Assembly: GCA_964477265.1 (NCBI GenBank)
Contig: CAYZDJ010000005.1
Span: forward strand, 158,659-222,658
Origin: an uncultured Chitinophagaceae bacterium
GTDB lineage: Bacteria > Bacteroidota > Bacteroidia > Chitinophagales > Chitinophagaceae
Reading direction: 5' to 3'
Length of the DNA stretch: 64,000 nucleotides
Shown: one piece after another, positions 62,965 to 64,000 of the stretch
Numbering within the stretch: position 1 is the stretch's first letter
Layout: each line of letters begins with the position of its first letter
The notes under the pieces: generated by a model
Database searches by the model: none
Told to the model about the DNA's origin: nothing
The model's input: the letters and a program-made list of their open reading frames with translations, nothing else
Program-made: the position numbers and the translations under genes

Positions 62965-64000
62965 TTACAACATACCCAGTATTTTGTTTTCAATTTCTTG
63001 GCTGTTCCAAATATTTTCAATGTTAGGTATTTGCATTATCTGTTGCATAATGGCTTCTTGTTTATTGCCACGTTGCAGAGCTTCGCTATAGCGAATATGT
63101 GGAGAAAATGTAACCTGGCTATACGCTGGAATCCACTGTTGTGGATGCTTTTCGTGTAATCGTGCTTCTATTTTCTTTTGCAATAAAAATTGTGGGTTGC
63201 CTGTTTTATCTCTCATTTCAGTAAAATTATTTACTGCTAAATCAGCAATGGCATCAGCATCTGGCTTACGTAGGTTTTGATATTCGTTTAAAATATTTGT
63301 CCAGTCTTCATTGTGTTTGTCAATCAATTCATCCAGTATTCTGCAATCCTCAAAACCACAATTCATGCCTTGCCCAAAAAATGGAACTATTGCGTGTGCT
63401 GCATCTCCAATTAATGCAAACTTATCGTCACGCACCCATGGAAAACATTTTACAGTAACTAAGCTGCTTGTTGGGTTATTAAAAAAATCTTCAAGGTATG
63501 TTGGCATTAAAGGCAATGCATCAGCAAAGTTTTTAGCAAAAAACTCAACCACTTTTTCTTTTGTATCAAGCTTGCTAAATGATTGTTCACCTTCAAAAGG
63601 AAAGAACAAGGTGCATGTAAATGTTTTATCTAAATTAGGCAATGCAATTAACATATAATCCTTGCGTGGCCAAATATGCAAGGCATTTACCTCCATTGCA
63701 AAATCTCCATTTTTACTAGGCAAAATAGTTAATTCCTTATAGCCACAATTTATATAGTATTGGTTGTAATTAAATTTATCGTGTTGCAATTGGTGTTGTA
63801 AACGACCAGCAGAAAATGCCCCATCGCTGCCAAAAAGAATATCAAAGTTTGTTGTTTCTCGTTTCTCGTTTCTCGTTTCAAAACTTACTGTGTTATTTTT
63901 CCAATCAATATTTTCACATTTATGATCAAAGAAAATAGTAACACCACTCGCTTCAGCCAAGTCCATCAACTTCATATTTAACGTAGCCCTGCTTACAGAA
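62965..64000 (-). CDS. kmo: Kynurenine 3-monooxygenase (FAD-dependent), N-terminus beyond window end
   Basis: GDAAHAIVPFFGQGMNCGFEDC FAD/aromatic-hydroxylase motif. The frame stays open upstream of the listed Met to nt 64000 (...SVSRATLNMKLMD), so the FAD GxGxxG region lies outside the window. Confidence 0.8.
   Translation of the reverse strand, partial: SVSRATLNMKLMDLAEASGVTIFFDHKCENIDWKNNTVSFETRNEKRETTNFDILFGSDGAFSAGRLQHQLQHDKFNYNQYYINCGYKELTILPSKNGDFAMEVNALHIWPRKDYMLIALPNLDKTFTCTLFFPFEGEQSFSKLDTKEKVVEFFAKNFADALPLMPTYLEDFFNNPTSSLVTVKCFPWVRDDKFALIGDAAHAIVPFFGQGMNCGFEDCRILDELIDKHNEDWTNILNEYQNLRKPDADAIADLAVNNFTEMRDKTGNPQFLLQKKIEARLHEKHPQQWIPAYSQVTFSPHIRYSEALQRGNKQEAIMQQIMQIPNIENIWNSQEIENKILGML

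Noticed and set aside
62920-63159. 79-aa plus-strand ORF starting inside the nested-hairpin element
   Set aside because: It begins within the inverted-repeat element and runs antisense through the 3' end of kmo. It has no coding signature.

Overview
AT-rich 64-kb chromosomal segment from a Bacteroidota bacterium. Supporting marks: T9SS type A and type B C-terminal sorting domains, TAnnTTTG '-7' promoter boxes with very short leaders, bshC, a Bacteroidota-type LptE, a long-form Lgt and a PafA-type phosphatase. Coding density is high. I found no rRNA, tRNA, CRISPR array, transposase or integrase. Contents, left to right: (1) 1-13.3 kb, housekeeping genes (prmC, yigZ, trxB, lgt, secG, lptE, bshC, mltG, rlmB) plus an XRE-HTH/S24 LexA-like repressor. 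(2) 13.3-24.5 kb, three very large T9SS cargo proteins (two LamG proteins, one FG-GAP propeller) interleaved with glycosyltransferase genes and unknown genes. (3) 24.5-38 kb, a 14-gene run all on the minus strand. It includes a CDP-hexose pathway (rfbF, RmlC-like epimerase, SDRs, two paralogous C-methyltransferase-type enzymes, acetyltransferase, GT2), a polyprenyl-phosphate GT2 / GT-C membrane protein / two-SDR module, and lpxB. (4) 38-51 kb, housekeeping and envelope genes (exonuclease, rRNA methyltransferase, DUF58, pafA, gmhB, M23 peptidase, gmhA, glmS, YfhO), with a ParE toxin-antitoxin pair between glmS and gmhA. (5) 51-62.7 kb, a TPR-sensor histidine kinase and LytTR response regulator followed by three co-oriented giant secreted proteins. 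(6) a kynurenine 3-monooxygenase gene running off the right edge. The most promising candidate for something undescribed is block 5. A perfect TTCACCCACC direct repeat with 21-bp phasing and a consensus -7 box lie upstream of a 1208-aa mosaic protein (glycine-rich domain, tail-fibre-like tandem repeats, discoidin-like domain) that has no T9SS sorting domain. Other leads: inverted 32-34 bp hairpin repeats bracketing an SDR + Uma2 endonuclease pair inside the sugar operon, a 176-bp nested-hairpin element at 62.8 kb, a lipid-A-adjacent GT2/GT-C module, and several families of short intergenic repeats. All functional calls come from motif recognition by eye. No database search was run.
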